From Thermoplasmata archaeon (lineage in GTDB: Archaea; Thermoplasmatota; E2; JACPAO01; JAHFTW01), in contig JAXDQS010000001.1 in assembly GCA_034667725.1 (NCBI GenBank), positions 173,593 through 237,592 on the forward strand: a stretch of 64,000 nt of DNA. Direction: 5' to 3'. Positions 39,290-50,200 of this stretch are shown in pieces. The notes below the pieces were generated by a model that worked only from the letters and a program-made list of their open reading frames with translations, ran no database searches and was not told the DNA's origin. Every line of letters starts with the position of its first letter. Within the stretch, counting starts at the first letter, position 1. A program made the translations under genes and the position numbers.

Positions 39290-39450
39290 ACAACCGCCTG
39301 GGGCGTTTGTCCGCCCTCCAGCGGGGGCTTTGCCCCCGCACCCCCACGGCAAGGGGGCCGCGCCCTCGGCCCGTGCGCTCGCTGGCGCTCGCGCAGGCGG
39401 GCGCCCTCGGTCCTGCGCGCTCACGCGCGCGGCGGCCCCCGGCCCGGCGT
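39290..39450 (-). repeat. Inverted (reverse-complement) copy C of the GC-rich element, immediately 3' of giant gene 3
   Basis: GGCGGGCGCCCTCGGTCCTGCGCGCTCACGCGCGCGGCGGCCCCCGGC is the reverse complement of the 5' part of copies A/B. The 5' portion (GGGGCGTTTGTCCGCC…GGGGGCTTTGCCCCCGC…) is the reverse complement of the GGCGAAGCCCCC…GGCGGAACGAAC region. It lacks the TATA segment. Confidence 0.6.
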
Positions 39451-39483
39451 GTCGGCTAAATGCGTGAAACCTGTGGAGTCCCT

Positions 39484-40383
39484 GTGCGCCTGCTGTTCCT
39501 GACGCGGGAGGTGCGCCTCTACTCGGTGCGCCGCTTCCAGCAGGCGTGCCGGACGCAGGGGCACGCCTTCGAGCACCTGGACGTGCTCGGCTGCAACCTG
39601 GTGCTGCACCCCAGCGCCCCGCAGCTCTGGTCGGGCGGGAACCCGGTGCAGCGCCGCGAGGTGGACGCCGTGGTGCCCCGCATCGGCACCTCCGTGACCG
39701 ACGAGGGCTGCGCCGTGGTCGCGCAGTTCGAGGCGATGGGCGTCCCGGTCGTCAACGGCAGCGAGGCCATCCAGCGCGCCCGCGACAAGCTGCGCTCCCT
39801 CCAGCTCCTGGCCGGCGCCCACATCCCGATCCCGCGCACGGCGGTCATCCGGGTCACCGACGACCTCGACGAGGCCATCGACCAGGTGGGCGGGATTCCG
39901 TGCGTCCTCAAGCTCCTCAAGGGCACGCAAGGCATCGGGGTCATGCTGGCCGAGTCGCGGGAGGGATTGGAGGCGATGCTGCAGGCGTTCTGGAGCCTCG
40001 GCCACACCGTCCTCTTGCAGGAGTTCATCCATGAGTCGAAGGGCAAGGACGTGCGCGCGTTCGTTGTCGGCGACCGGGTGGTGGGCGCGATGCGGCGCGA
40101 GGCCCAGGTCGGCGAGTTCCGCTCCAACATCCACCGCGGCGGCGTCGGGCGGCCGCTCGTGCTGACCCCCGAGGACGAGGCCAAGGTGCTGCGCGCATCC
40201 CGCCTGCTCGGCCTCGACGTCGCGGGCGTCGACTACCTGGAGTCGGACGACGGGCCGAAGGTCATCGAGGTCAACGCCAGCCCCGGCTTCCAAGGCCTGG
40301 AGCAGGCGACCGGGCTCGACATCGCGGGCGAGATCGTGCGCCACGCCGCCGAGCGCGGGCGGGCCGGCGCGAGGGGGACGTGA
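39484..40383 (+). CDS. rimK: RimK-like ATP-grasp alpha-L-glutamate ligase
   Basis: ATP-grasp fold matching the RimK family across its length (…CVLKLLKGTQGIGV…, …FRSNIHRGG…, …IEVNASPGFQGLE…). GTG start at 39484. The stop overlaps the next start (TGATG). Confidence 0.8.
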   Translation: MRLLFLTREVRLYSVRRFQQACRTQGHAFEHLDVLGCNLVLHPSAPQLWSGGNPVQRREVDAVVPRIGTSVTDEGCAVVAQFEAMGVPVVNGSEAIQRARDKLRSLQLLAGAHIPIPRTAVIRVTDDLDEAIDQVGGIPCVLKLLKGTQGIGVMLAESREGLEAMLQAFWSLGHTVLLQEFIHESKGKDVRAFVVGDRVVGAMRREAQVGEFRSNIHRGGVGRPLVLTPEDEAKVLRASRLLGLDVAGVDYLESDDGPKVIEVNASPGFQGLEQATGLDIAGEIVRHAAERGRAGARGT

Positions 40384-41417
40384 TGGCCGCGGCCCTCAAG
40401 GACGGCCGGTTCGCGGGCCGCGTGGTGGCGCCGGGCGACGTCGCGCAGGTGGACCTCAAGGTGAGCGAGTCGGTCGCGCACCAGCCGATGCGGATCCCGG
40501 TGACGGTGGCGCGCGGCAAGAAGGACGGCCCGGTGCTCTACGTCACGAGCGCCATCCACGGCGACGAGATCAACGGCGTCGCCATCGTCCGCCGCCTCCT
40601 GGACGGCATCGACGGCCTGCTGGTGGCCGGCACCCTGGTCGCGGTCCCCATCGTCAACCGCTTCGGCTTCGAGTCCGGCGAGCGCTACCTGCCCGACCGG
40701 CGCGACCTCAACCGCCACTTCCCCGGCGACCCCAAGGGCTCCATGGCGGCCCGCCTTGCCGACCAGGTGTTCCGCAAGATCGTCCGCGGCTGCGACTTCG
40801 GCGTCGACCTGCACACCGCCGCCGACGGCAACACCAACCTCTGCCACATCCGCGGCGACGCCGACCGCCCCGAGCTCAAGGCGCTCATGAAGGCGTTCGG
40901 CATCCCCATCATGGTGCACGGCGACGGGCCCCGCGGATCATTGCGCCGCGCCGCCACCGAGGCCGGCGTCCCGAGCCTGCTGTTCGAGGCCGGCGAGCCC
41001 GGCCGGTTCCAGCGCCGCGTCGTCGAGGTCGGCCACGCCGGCCTCGTGAGCCTGCTGCGCCACCTCGGCATGGCCGACGGCAAGCCCACCAAGCCGCCGC
41101 TGCAGATCCTGGTGCGCGAGGCCGAGTGGGTCCGCAGCGACCACGGCGGCATCCTCGACCTCGACGTCGAGCCCGGCGACATCGTCCGCAAGGGCGACCC
41201 TCTCGGCACCATCCACGACCCGCTCGGCCGCCACGTCGACGCCGTGGACGCGCCCATCTCCGGCGTCGTGCTGGGCACCACCACCTCGCCGCTGGTGTTC
41301 CCCGGCCTCGCCATGGTGCACCTCGGCCAGCTCGAGAAGACCTTCGACCGCGCCCGCGCCTACGCCGACGCCGGCGGCGACCTCGGCCACGTCCACTTCC
41401 CCGGAGGCCGCCCGTGA
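40383..41417 (+). CDS. Succinylglutamate desuccinylase/aspartoacylase (AstE/AspA, M14-like Zn hydrolase) family protein, RimK-associated
   Basis: Zn-ligand contexts SAIHGDEINGV (HxxE) and …DLHTA… are typical of the AstE/AspA family. This family is commonly found adjacent to rimK. The stop overlaps the next GTG start. Confidence 0.75.
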   Translation: MAAALKDGRFAGRVVAPGDVAQVDLKVSESVAHQPMRIPVTVARGKKDGPVLYVTSAIHGDEINGVAIVRRLLDGIDGLLVAGTLVAVPIVNRFGFESGERYLPDRRDLNRHFPGDPKGSMAARLADQVFRKIVRGCDFGVDLHTAADGNTNLCHIRGDADRPELKALMKAFGIPIMVHGDGPRGSLRRAATEAGVPSLLFEAGEPGRFQRRVVEVGHAGLVSLLRHLGMADGKPTKPPLQILVREAEWVRSDHGGILDLDVEPGDIVRKGDPLGTIHDPLGRHVDAVDAPISGVVLGTTTSPLVFPGLAMVHLGQLEKTFDRARAYADAGGDLGHVHFPGGRP

Positions 41418-42748
41418 GGCCGCGCAGCGCCGCCACCCTCCTGGCCCGCGGCTGGCTGCGCGACGCGCGCCGCTGGGCCTGGAGCGCCTCGCTGGTGCTC
41501 GCCGGCACCCTCGGCCTGATGATCGGTGCCGCCGGCATCCTCGAAGGCACCGAGGCCGAGACGCTGGAGCGCGTCGCGGACTTCTACACGGGCGACCTGC
41601 GCATCACCCGCGACCGGCCCGGCGCGCTCCCGCCCGCGTGGTTCGACCTCAACAAGACCACCGGCCCCGACGGCGGCGGCGGGCTCGCGAAGGCGGGCCG
41701 CATCGTCTCCTACCGCGTCGAGGCGCAGTACGTCATGAGCCGGCGCGGCTTCCTGGAGGCCGCCCTGCTGGAGCGCGACCAGTTCATCGTCGAGGCGCCC
41801 GGCTCCGCCGGCAACGCCACCGAGGCCATCGCGCTCGGCTCGCTCGTCGGCCTCGACGCCGGCGACCCGGGCCGCGCGTTGCTGGAGCGCCACCTGGTCG
41901 CGGGCCGGATGCCCCGCGAGTCCAGCAACGACACGCTGGAGGTCGTCATGTCGCTGCGCCGGCTGTCGCAGTTCTTGACCCCTGGCGAGTCGGCCGCCGC
42001 CGCCAACATCGCCCCGATGACGGTCGCGGGCGCCCTCAACATCGAGGCCACCAGCGCCCAAGTCGACCTCGGCAACCGCTACCGCCTGCCGATTCGGCGT
42101 TCCGTCGAGGTCGTGGGGTTGTACGACACCAGCGTCGATGTGCTCGACGGCTACACCATGATCGCCGCCGCCCCGGACGTGCGCGCCATGGTCGCCCGCC
42201 CGCCGCACGAGCGCAGCGCCAACGCCATCGCGGTCTGGGGCGAGACGGCGGGCCTCGCAACCCTCGGCAAGGAGCGCAACTGGGCCGTGCAAGGGCCCGA
42301 AGGCTTCGCCCAGAACTACGTCGGCGAGACCATGGCCATCCTGTCCGCCGTCGTGGTGTTCGTCGGCGCCGTGCTGTTCCTCATTCCCACCTTCCTCGTC
42401 AGCCACGGCCTTGCCCGCCAACTCGCCGCCCAGCAACGCGAGCTCGCCGTCTGCACCGCCATCGGCGTCCCCGCCCGCGTCCTCCGGAACGCCTTGGGCC
42501 TGGAGGTGCTGCGCATCGGCCTCGGCGGCCTGCTGATCGCCGCGGCCCTCGTGGCCCTCGGCGTCTGGCTCCTGCCCGGCGCCTTGGCGAACGTCCACGG
42601 CGCCCCGCTGCCGCTCGGCTTCGCGTTGAGCCTGACCGCCGTCGGCTCCGCCCTCCTGGTGACGCTGCTGTCGATGGCGATCGGCCTGTTCATCGGCGTG
42701 CGCAGCCGGCGCCGGCTCGGGTTGGCGGCGCAGCTGCGGGCGGTTTGA
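41414..42748 (+). CDS. FtsX/MacB-type ABC-transporter permease-like membrane protein (no adjacent ATPase)
   Basis: One N-terminal TM ([23 protein letters not shown]), a ~270-aa extracytoplasmic domain, then three C-terminal TMs with FtsX-like topology (…[21 protein letters not shown]…, …[15 protein letters not shown]…, …[23 protein letters not shown]…). The GTG start at 41414 overlaps the upstream stop. Confidence 0.65.
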   Translation: MRPRSAATLLARGWLRDARRWAWSASLVLAGTLGLMIGAAGILEGTEAETLERVADFYTGDLRITRDRPGALPPAWFDLNKTTGPDGGGGLAKAGRIVSYRVEAQYVMSRRGFLEAALLERDQFIVEAPGSAGNATEAIALGSLVGLDAGDPGRALLERHLVAGRMPRESSNDTLEVVMSLRRLSQFLTPGESAAAANIAPMTVAGALNIEATSAQVDLGNRYRLPIRRSVEVVGLYDTSVDVLDGYTMIAAAPDVRAMVARPPHERSANAIAVWGETAGLATLGKERNWAVQGPEGFAQNYVGETMAILSAVVVFVGAVLFLIPTFLVSHGLARQLAAQQRELAVCTAIGVPARVLRNALGLEVLRIGLGGLLIAAALVALGVWLLPGALANVHGAPLPLGFALSLTAVGSALLVTLLSMAIGLFIGVRSRRRLGLAAQLRAV

Positions 42749-42791
42749 CCCCACAAGAAGCCTGAAAGGGGCGCGCCGGCGTCGGCCCGCC

Positions 42792-43934
42792 ATGCAAATG
42801 ATGGCCACCCCTGAGCACCAGCTCGTCCGCCAGACGATGCGCGAGTTCGCCGAGCGCGAGGTCGCCCCCATCGCGGCCCGCATGGACCAGGAGGACTGGT
42901 GGCCGGACACGCTGGTCCCGCGCATGGCCGAGCTGGGGCTTTTGGGCATGACCGTGAAGCAGGAGGACGGCGGCGCCGGGCTCGACACGGTCGCCTACAA
43001 CATGGCCATCGAGGAGATCGCCCGCGTCTCGGGCTCGCTTGCCCTCAGCCTTGCGGCCCACAACGGCCTGGGCATCAGCCACATCTACACCCAAGGCAAC
43101 GCGGCGCAACGGGAAACCTACGTCCGCCCGATGGCGCAGGGCAAGGTCATCGGCGCCTGGTGCCTCACCGAGCCGGGCGCGGGCTCGGACGCGGCGGGGC
43201 TCGCGACGACGGCGGTGCGCGACGGCGATGGCTGGCGGCTCGATGGCCAGAAGCAGTTCATCACCAACGGCCACATCGCCGGCGTCTTCACCATCATGGC
43301 CAAGACCGACCCGGCGAAGGGTCCGGCGGGCATCACGGCGTTCGTGGCCAAGGCCGGCGCCAAAGGCCTCCACCTCGGCAAGAAGGAGGACAAGCTCGGC
43401 ATGCGCGGCAGCATCACGAGCCAACTCTACTTCGAGGACCTCCACGTCCCGGACGAGGGCGTCGTCGGCAAGGTCGGCGAGGGCTTCCTCGGCACCATGA
43501 AGACCTTGGACGCCGGCCGCATCGCCATCGGCAGCCTCGCCCTCGGCCTCGCCCAAGGCGCCTTCGACGCCAGCCTCGCCTACGCCCAAGAGCGCAAGCA
43601 GTTCGGCAAGCCCATCGCGCACAACCAGGCCATCCAGTGGAAGCTCGCCGACATGGCGACCCAGATCGACGCCGCCCGCCTGCTCTTGCACCGCGCCGCG
43701 ACCCTCAAGGACGAGGGCAAGCCGTTCACCCGCGAAGCCAGCATGGGCAAGCTCTACGCCAGCGAGGTCGCCATGTGGGCCACCACGCAGGCCATCCAGG
43801 TCCACGGCGGCAACGGCTACACCCGCGACTACCCCGTCGAGCGCATGTTCCGCGACGCCAAGCTGTGCGAGATCGGCGAGGGCTCGTCCGAGGTTCAGCG
43901 GATGGTCATCGCGAAGTCGCTCGGTTTGCGTTAG
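42792..43934 (+). CDS. Acyl-CoA dehydrogenase (short/medium-chain type)
   Basis: 380 aa with full-length ACAD architecture. Conserved motifs [10 protein letters not shown], …FITNG… and the catalytic-base context …[24 protein letters not shown]…. Confidence 0.9.
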   Translation: MQMMATPEHQLVRQTMREFAEREVAPIAARMDQEDWWPDTLVPRMAELGLLGMTVKQEDGGAGLDTVAYNMAIEEIARVSGSLALSLAAHNGLGISHIYTQGNAAQRETYVRPMAQGKVIGAWCLTEPGAGSDAAGLATTAVRDGDGWRLDGQKQFITNGHIAGVFTIMAKTDPAKGPAGITAFVAKAGAKGLHLGKKEDKLGMRGSITSQLYFEDLHVPDEGVVGKVGEGFLGTMKTLDAGRIAIGSLALGLAQGAFDASLAYAQERKQFGKPIAHNQAIQWKLADMATQIDAARLLLHRAATLKDEGKPFTREASMGKLYASEVAMWATTQAIQVHGGNGYTRDYPVERMFRDAKLCEIGEGSSEVQRMVIAKSLGLR

Positions 43935-45940
43935 CTGCTGCGCCGCCGGGCCATGCCGACCGCCACCGCCGCGACGACTGCGGCCACCGCGGCGCCCACG
44001 GACAGGCCCAGCACGATGGGGCCTGCCGCGGAGCCGCGCTGCCGTGCCAGGCTGGCCTCGTCGTTCGACAGGCCTTGGCGGGCGCGCCCGGAGGCGGCGA
44101 TGGCGACACAGGCGTCGCCGGTGCCGTCCTGGTCGACGTCGGCCTGGTCTGGGTTGCCGACGCCGGGGCAGTTGTCGGTGAAGACGTCCAAGGCGCTGGC
44201 CTCGGGGACGCCGTCGCCGTCGCGGTCGGGGTCGCACAGGTCGCCCAGCCGGTCGGCGTCGAGGTCCTCCTGCCCGCGGTTGGCGGTCCCGGGGCAGTTG
44301 TCCGCGCCGTCGGCCACGCCGTCGCGGTCGCGGTCCAGGCCGGAGCCGGCGCGCGCGGTGCGGGTCGCGGCGTCGTCGCCGGGCGTGACGGGGTCGGGGT
44401 CGCAGACGTCGCCGACGGCGTCGTGGTCGGCGTCCGCCTGGTCGCCGTTGCTGTCGCTGGGGCAGTTGTCGGCGTCGTCCGCGACGCCGTCCAGGTCGAA
44501 GTCCTTGACCTGCATCGGCACGGGCGCCGGCACGACCTTGACCTCGACCGTGGCCTCGTCGGTGCAGCCGCCGTCGCTGGCGGAGAACGTGATGGTGTAG
44601 ACGCCGCTGTCGCCGGCCGCGGTGCGCCAGGTGAAGGTCCCGGCGTCGAGCAGGGCGTCCGCCGTGGTCGGCAGGTCGCTGACATAGGCGAACGTGATGG
44701 GGTCGTGCTCGTGGTCGGTGACGACGAGGTCGAAGCGGACCAGCGTGCCCTCGGGCACCTCGACGGTGGAGAGGTTCTGGAGGTTGGGGCAGCAGTTGGG
44801 GTCGCCGACCGAGAAGACGGCCTTGGTGAGCGACGCGGTGGCGCCCTTGTCGTCGGTCACGGTGAGCTTGACGTCGTAGGTGCCCGCGGCGGTGTACTGG
44901 TGGACCGGGTGGCGCACGGTGCTGGCGGGGCTGCCGTCGTCGAAGTCCCACAGCCAGGAGACGACGCTGCCGTCGTCGGTGCTGGCGTCGGTGAAGTGGA
45001 CGGTGGAGTCCTCGCAGGCGGTGCGCGCCTCGACCGTGAACCGGGGGACGGGCAGCGGGTTCGGCGGGGGCGGCGGTGGGGGAATGGTGCCGAGCGGCGA
45101 GAACAGGGTGTCGTGCGTGAAGGTCGCGGACACGCCGGGGGGCAGGACGAAGTCCCAGCTCAGGCCGGCGCCGTTGTCCACGAACGAGCCGCAGGCGCAG
45201 CTGTTCGGGAACATCAGGCCGGAGCCGATCTGGTTCCAGACGGTGCCGAAGGAGGTCTCGTAGTAGCGGCTGCCCGGCGTCTTGGGCACCCACATCTCGA
45301 TGCGGCCGGGCGGGACGTTGTCCGGGTTCTCGGTGCAGCCGACGGCGGCGTAGTCGCCGGGCGGGTCGGCGTAGCCGTAGCCGTAGTCCGAGTCCTGGAG
45401 CTGGCAGTCGCCGGCGCGCCACAGGCGGTAGGAATGCGCCGCGGTGCCGTCGTTGGTGACGGTCACGAGGGTGGTGTAGTAGTCGTTGCCGACGACGTAC
45501 TCGTCCGCCTGGCTGACGGTGGCGTCGCCTGCGGTCACGATGGTGGTGAGCTTGTACGGGCTGGCGGAGGTGCCGGCGCCGCTGACGGCCGACTGGCTGA
45601 CGGCGATGAACGGCAGCGCGCCGGTGAACGCCCCGGTGGTGGCCGTGGGCGGGATGGCGCCGGCGTGGCGGGCGAAGTCGGGCGTGCTCAACACCCCGTC
45701 CTCCATGAGGAAGGTGCCGCAGTCGCCGGGCTCGGTGCCGGCCGGGAAGAACTCGAACAGGGCGTCGCCGACGCGCGTCACTTGGCACGCAAGGTCGGTG
45801 CCGATGGAGATTTGCGAGAGCGGGCCGGCCGACGTGATGGTGGTGTAGGGCACGGTCTGGGCGTCCGTCGACGGCAACGCCGCAAGCAGGAGCACGGCCC
45901 CGGCCCCCAGGAGCAGCCAGCGCGTGGCGGGAACGGCCAT
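43931..45940 (-). CDS. Secreted PKD-domain protein with TSP3 repeats and C-terminal TM anchor
   Basis: Signal peptide [30 protein letters not shown] signature …[11 protein letters not shown]…[17 protein letters not shown]. Three or more TSP3-type DxDxDG…C repeats. The C-terminus is …[32 protein letters not shown]. Confidence 0.75.
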   Translation of the reverse strand: MAVPATRWLLLGAGAVLLLAALPSTDAQTVPYTTITSAGPLSQISIGTDLACQVTRVGDALFEFFPAGTEPGDCGTFLMEDGVLSTPDFARHAGAIPPTATTGAFTGALPFIAVSQSAVSGAGTSASPYKLTTIVTAGDATVSQADEYVVGNDYYTTLVTVTNDGTAAHSYRLWRAGDCQLQDSDYGYGYADPPGDYAAVGCTENPDNVPPGRIEMWVPKTPGSRYYETSFGTVWNQIGSGLMFPNSCACGSFVDNGAGLSWDFVLPPGVSATFTHDTLFSPLGTIPPPPPPPNPLPVPRFTVEARTACEDSTVHFTDASTDDGSVVSWLWDFDDGSPASTVRHPVHQYTAAGTYDVKLTVTDDKGATASLTKAVFSVGDPNCCPNLQNLSTVEVPEGTLVRFDLVVTDHEHDPITFAYVSDLPTTADALLDAGTFTWRTAAGDSGVYTITFSASDGGCTDEATVEVKVVPAPVPMQVKDFDLDGVADDADNCPSDSNGDQADADHDAVGDVCDPDPVTPGDDAATRTARAGSGLDRDRDGVADGADNCPGTANRGQEDLDADRLGDLCDPDRDGDGVPEASALDVFTDNCPGVGNPDQADVDQDGTGDACVAIAASGRARQGLSNDEASLARQRGSAAGPIVLGLSVGAAVAAVVAAVAVGMARRRSS

Positions 45941-46018
45941 CGGTGATGGAGCCCGGGGACTGGTTCAAAAGGCTTGGCAGGCCCAAACCGCTTTCTCGTC
46001 GCCCCCAGTCGCAGCCTT

Positions 46019-47206
<1,188 letters not shown>

Positions 47207-47290
47207 CGCTGGCGGGCAATCGGCGCCAGCGTCCGCCTTGGGCCAGGATTAGCCGAAAGCCTCACCTGTATTCCCTGGCCTCGTGGCCCG

Positions 47291-50200
47291 ATGCCGGACC
47301 TCAACCCGACGAACCGGAGGCCGCAGGACCTGAGGAGCGCCACGGGCAGCCCGGCCGCCCCGTCGGTCCCCTCCACTTCTGCCATCCCTTCCCCTGCGAC
47401 GCCCACGGTGCCTTCCATGCCAGACTCCCCCACGACCCCGTCCATCCCCATCGCCCCGTCGAGCCCGCTGACGCCCCCGTCGGCCCCCTCGGGCGGCACT
47501 CCAAGCCCACCGTCCCCCTCCGGGCTGCTGCTGGCCGCGCTGCAGAGCGCCACCGTCACGCCCTCCCGCGTCGCCTTGAAGCCCGGCCAGCCGTTCGCGC
47601 CGCAGCTCCAGCTCCCCGGCGCCGTCCTGGCCACGACCCCCGCCGGCCCGACGGCGCTGGACGTGGGCGCCATGGCCAAGGTTCGGTGGCAGGCCTACCC
47701 GGCCAAGGCCGACGGCACGCCGGACTACGCCAACCCCATGCCGCAGCGCCAAGCCACGCTGGTCGGCCCCGTCCACAGCCGGACGCCGACGTTCCTGTTC
47801 CGGCCGCGCATCCTGGGGGACGCCGACCCTGCCACGGCGACCCCGGCGTTCGTGGTGGCCCACCTGGAGGCCATGGCGGACGGCCTCGCGGTCCGGCACG
47901 ACATCCCCATCCCCGTGGACCTGGAGCCCATGGCCACCCGCGAGGTCTACGGCCAGCTGGGCCGCCTGTTCAAGGTCCAGGTCTCCGCCCCCGCCGTGCC
48001 GGCCGGCGGCATCCTGCGCGCCTCCATCCTGCCCCGCGGCGCCGAGGAGACGGAGTTCGTCGTCAAGACCGCCTCGCTCCAGGGCAAGCCCATCCTGGAG
48101 GTCACGGGCAGCGTGGGCCTGGACGGCGCCATGACCGCCCTCAACGCCATCGCGGGCAGGTCCGCCGCCCCCGGCGCCTTCGCGCTGCACGACGTGGCCA
48201 CTTCGATCGCCATCCTGAACGACCCTGCCGAGCGCGTGGCCGCGACCCTGGCGATGCTGGGCGAGCCCATCGACCGCCTGGCCGGCGTCATGGCGCTTCT
48301 GAGCGAGCCCACCGACCGGGTCGCCGCCACGCTGGCGATGTTGAGCGAGCCCGTCGACCGCGTCGCCTCCGCCCTGGCCCTGGCCTCCCTGCCGGTGGAC
48401 AAGATCGCTGACGTGGCCGCCGTCCTGCTGATCCCCCTGGACCGCATCGCGGGCATCATCGGCCTCTTGAGCGAGCCGTTCGAGGAGGTCGCCCGGGCGC
48501 TCCACTTGCTTGGCTACCCCGCCGAGAAGGTGGCGCAGGCCCTCGCCATGCTGGTGGAGCCGGTGGCCGGGGCCGTCAGCGTCGTGAGCGCCTTCATCGG
48601 CAAGGGCTCCGGCTTCGACGTGGACGCCGGCGACCTGACCCGCCAGGCCACCCCCGTCCTGGGAGGCGCCAGCCGTCTGGGCGACACGGCCGGCACCGTC
48701 GGCGCCCTGCTGGACACCAGCGACCTGCGCCGCCGCATCGCCTCCATCCTGGCGTCCACCGACGTCAAGGGGCAGGTCCGCGCCATGATGCAGGCCCCCG
48801 GGTTCCAGGAGCGCACGCGGGCCATCCTCGACGACCGCGGCCTGCCGGAACGGCTCGCGGCCGTGCTCGACAACAAGGACTCCATGCGCCGGCTACGGCC
48901 CCTCCAGCAGACGGGCCAGGGCAGCGACCGCGGGGCTGCCGTCCTGGCCGGGAAGGGCCGGCTGGAGCGCATGCAGGCCCAGGCCGCCCGCGACGGCGTG
49001 GCCCGCGGCGTGCAGCTCCCCATCAACGTCCAGGTCAAGAACGCCGACTTCACCAAGCACCTCGTCCGCCGCGAGGACGAGGACCCGGTGTACAAGCTGA
49101 CGCCCAGGGCCCGCCAGCTCCCCGAGGTGCCCGGCCTGGTGGACGAGATGCAGGTCGCCGACCGGCTGCCCGACGGGGTCGCGGCCTTCGAGGCGGGGCC
49201 GCTGCGGCTGCCGTTCTCCATCAAGGGCGCCACCTGGCAGCTCTTCCGGTCCCCCGGCGAGCGGGACGAACTGCCCGCCTCCCGCTACCGCTTCGCCGAG
49301 GGCACCGCGGGGCGGAACCTGGTCCGGTCGCTCCAGCTCGGCGTCCCCGAGGCTGACACGGTCCTGCGCCTCGTCGTCAAGCTCCAGTTCGGCTTCGACC
49401 CGAACCAGGTGGCCGCCGAGGGGCTGCCGCCGCTGCCGGACTCTTGGGTTGCGCTGCCCGACGTCCCGCTGCGTTGGCTAGGCGCCGACGTGCTGGACCT
49501 CGTGGCCCAGCAAATCACCCTGTCCGCCCCGGCCACGGTGCCGCCCGGCGGCCCCGTCCCCGCCAGCCTTGCCTGCCCCCTGTTCGCGCAGGCCGACCCG
49601 GCCGCCACCGAGGTCGGCGGCACCGCCACCCTCGGGGAGGGCGTGCCGGTGCCCTTCAAGATTACCAACGTCCAGTGGCGCCTCTTGGACACGACGGGGC
49701 AGGAACGGCAGCGGGACGCCGGCCGCACCGGCTTCGCCGCCCTGGCCGCCCGCCTGGACGCCGGGCTCCCCAGCACGGACGAGACCTGCGTGCTGGAGGC
49801 CTCGTTCCGCCTCCAGGCCGGCGACGGCGGCCTCGTGCCGACGACGCAAGGGGACGCGCCCTTGACCCTGCGCACCGCCCTGAGGATCGAGGGGGTGGAC
49901 GTCCTCGGGCTGCTGCTGTCCCAGATCTCCCTGGACGCGCCGGCCACGGTGCCCGCCGGCGCCACGGCCACCCTAGGCGTCCTGTCCCCCTTGCTGCCCG
50001 ACGGGCTCCCCGCCGGGGGCGCCACCGTGCGCCTGGCCATCGCGGGCGGCCCCGGCCTTCCCGTCCAGTTGGCGGACCCCGTGTGGGAGGTCAAGGACGA
50101 GGCGGGCCAAGCGGCCAACCTGCCTGTGCTGCCGCCCCAGGACACGACGCGCACCGTCGCGCTGTCGTTCGAGGCCCGGCCCACCGGCCTTCCCCCCACC

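Noticed and set aside
18415-39347. Giant antisense ORFs (18415-22656, 22786-29610, 29577-34322, 34503-39347, minus strand) mirroring the surface-protein genes
   Set aside because: These are typical GC3-skew shadow ORFs opposite long, highly expressed-type genes. The translations are monotonous G/A/R/D repeats without domains. The plus-strand genes carry all recognisable signal peptides, domains and anchors.
39290-39470. Possible CRISPR array or IS element associated with the repeated GC-rich element
   Set aside because: There are only three copies. They are not regularly spaced, have no short unique spacers, and no cas or transposase genes or terminal inverted repeats with target-site duplication appear in the window. 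They are better explained as duplicated terminator/promoter modules of the paralogous giant genes.
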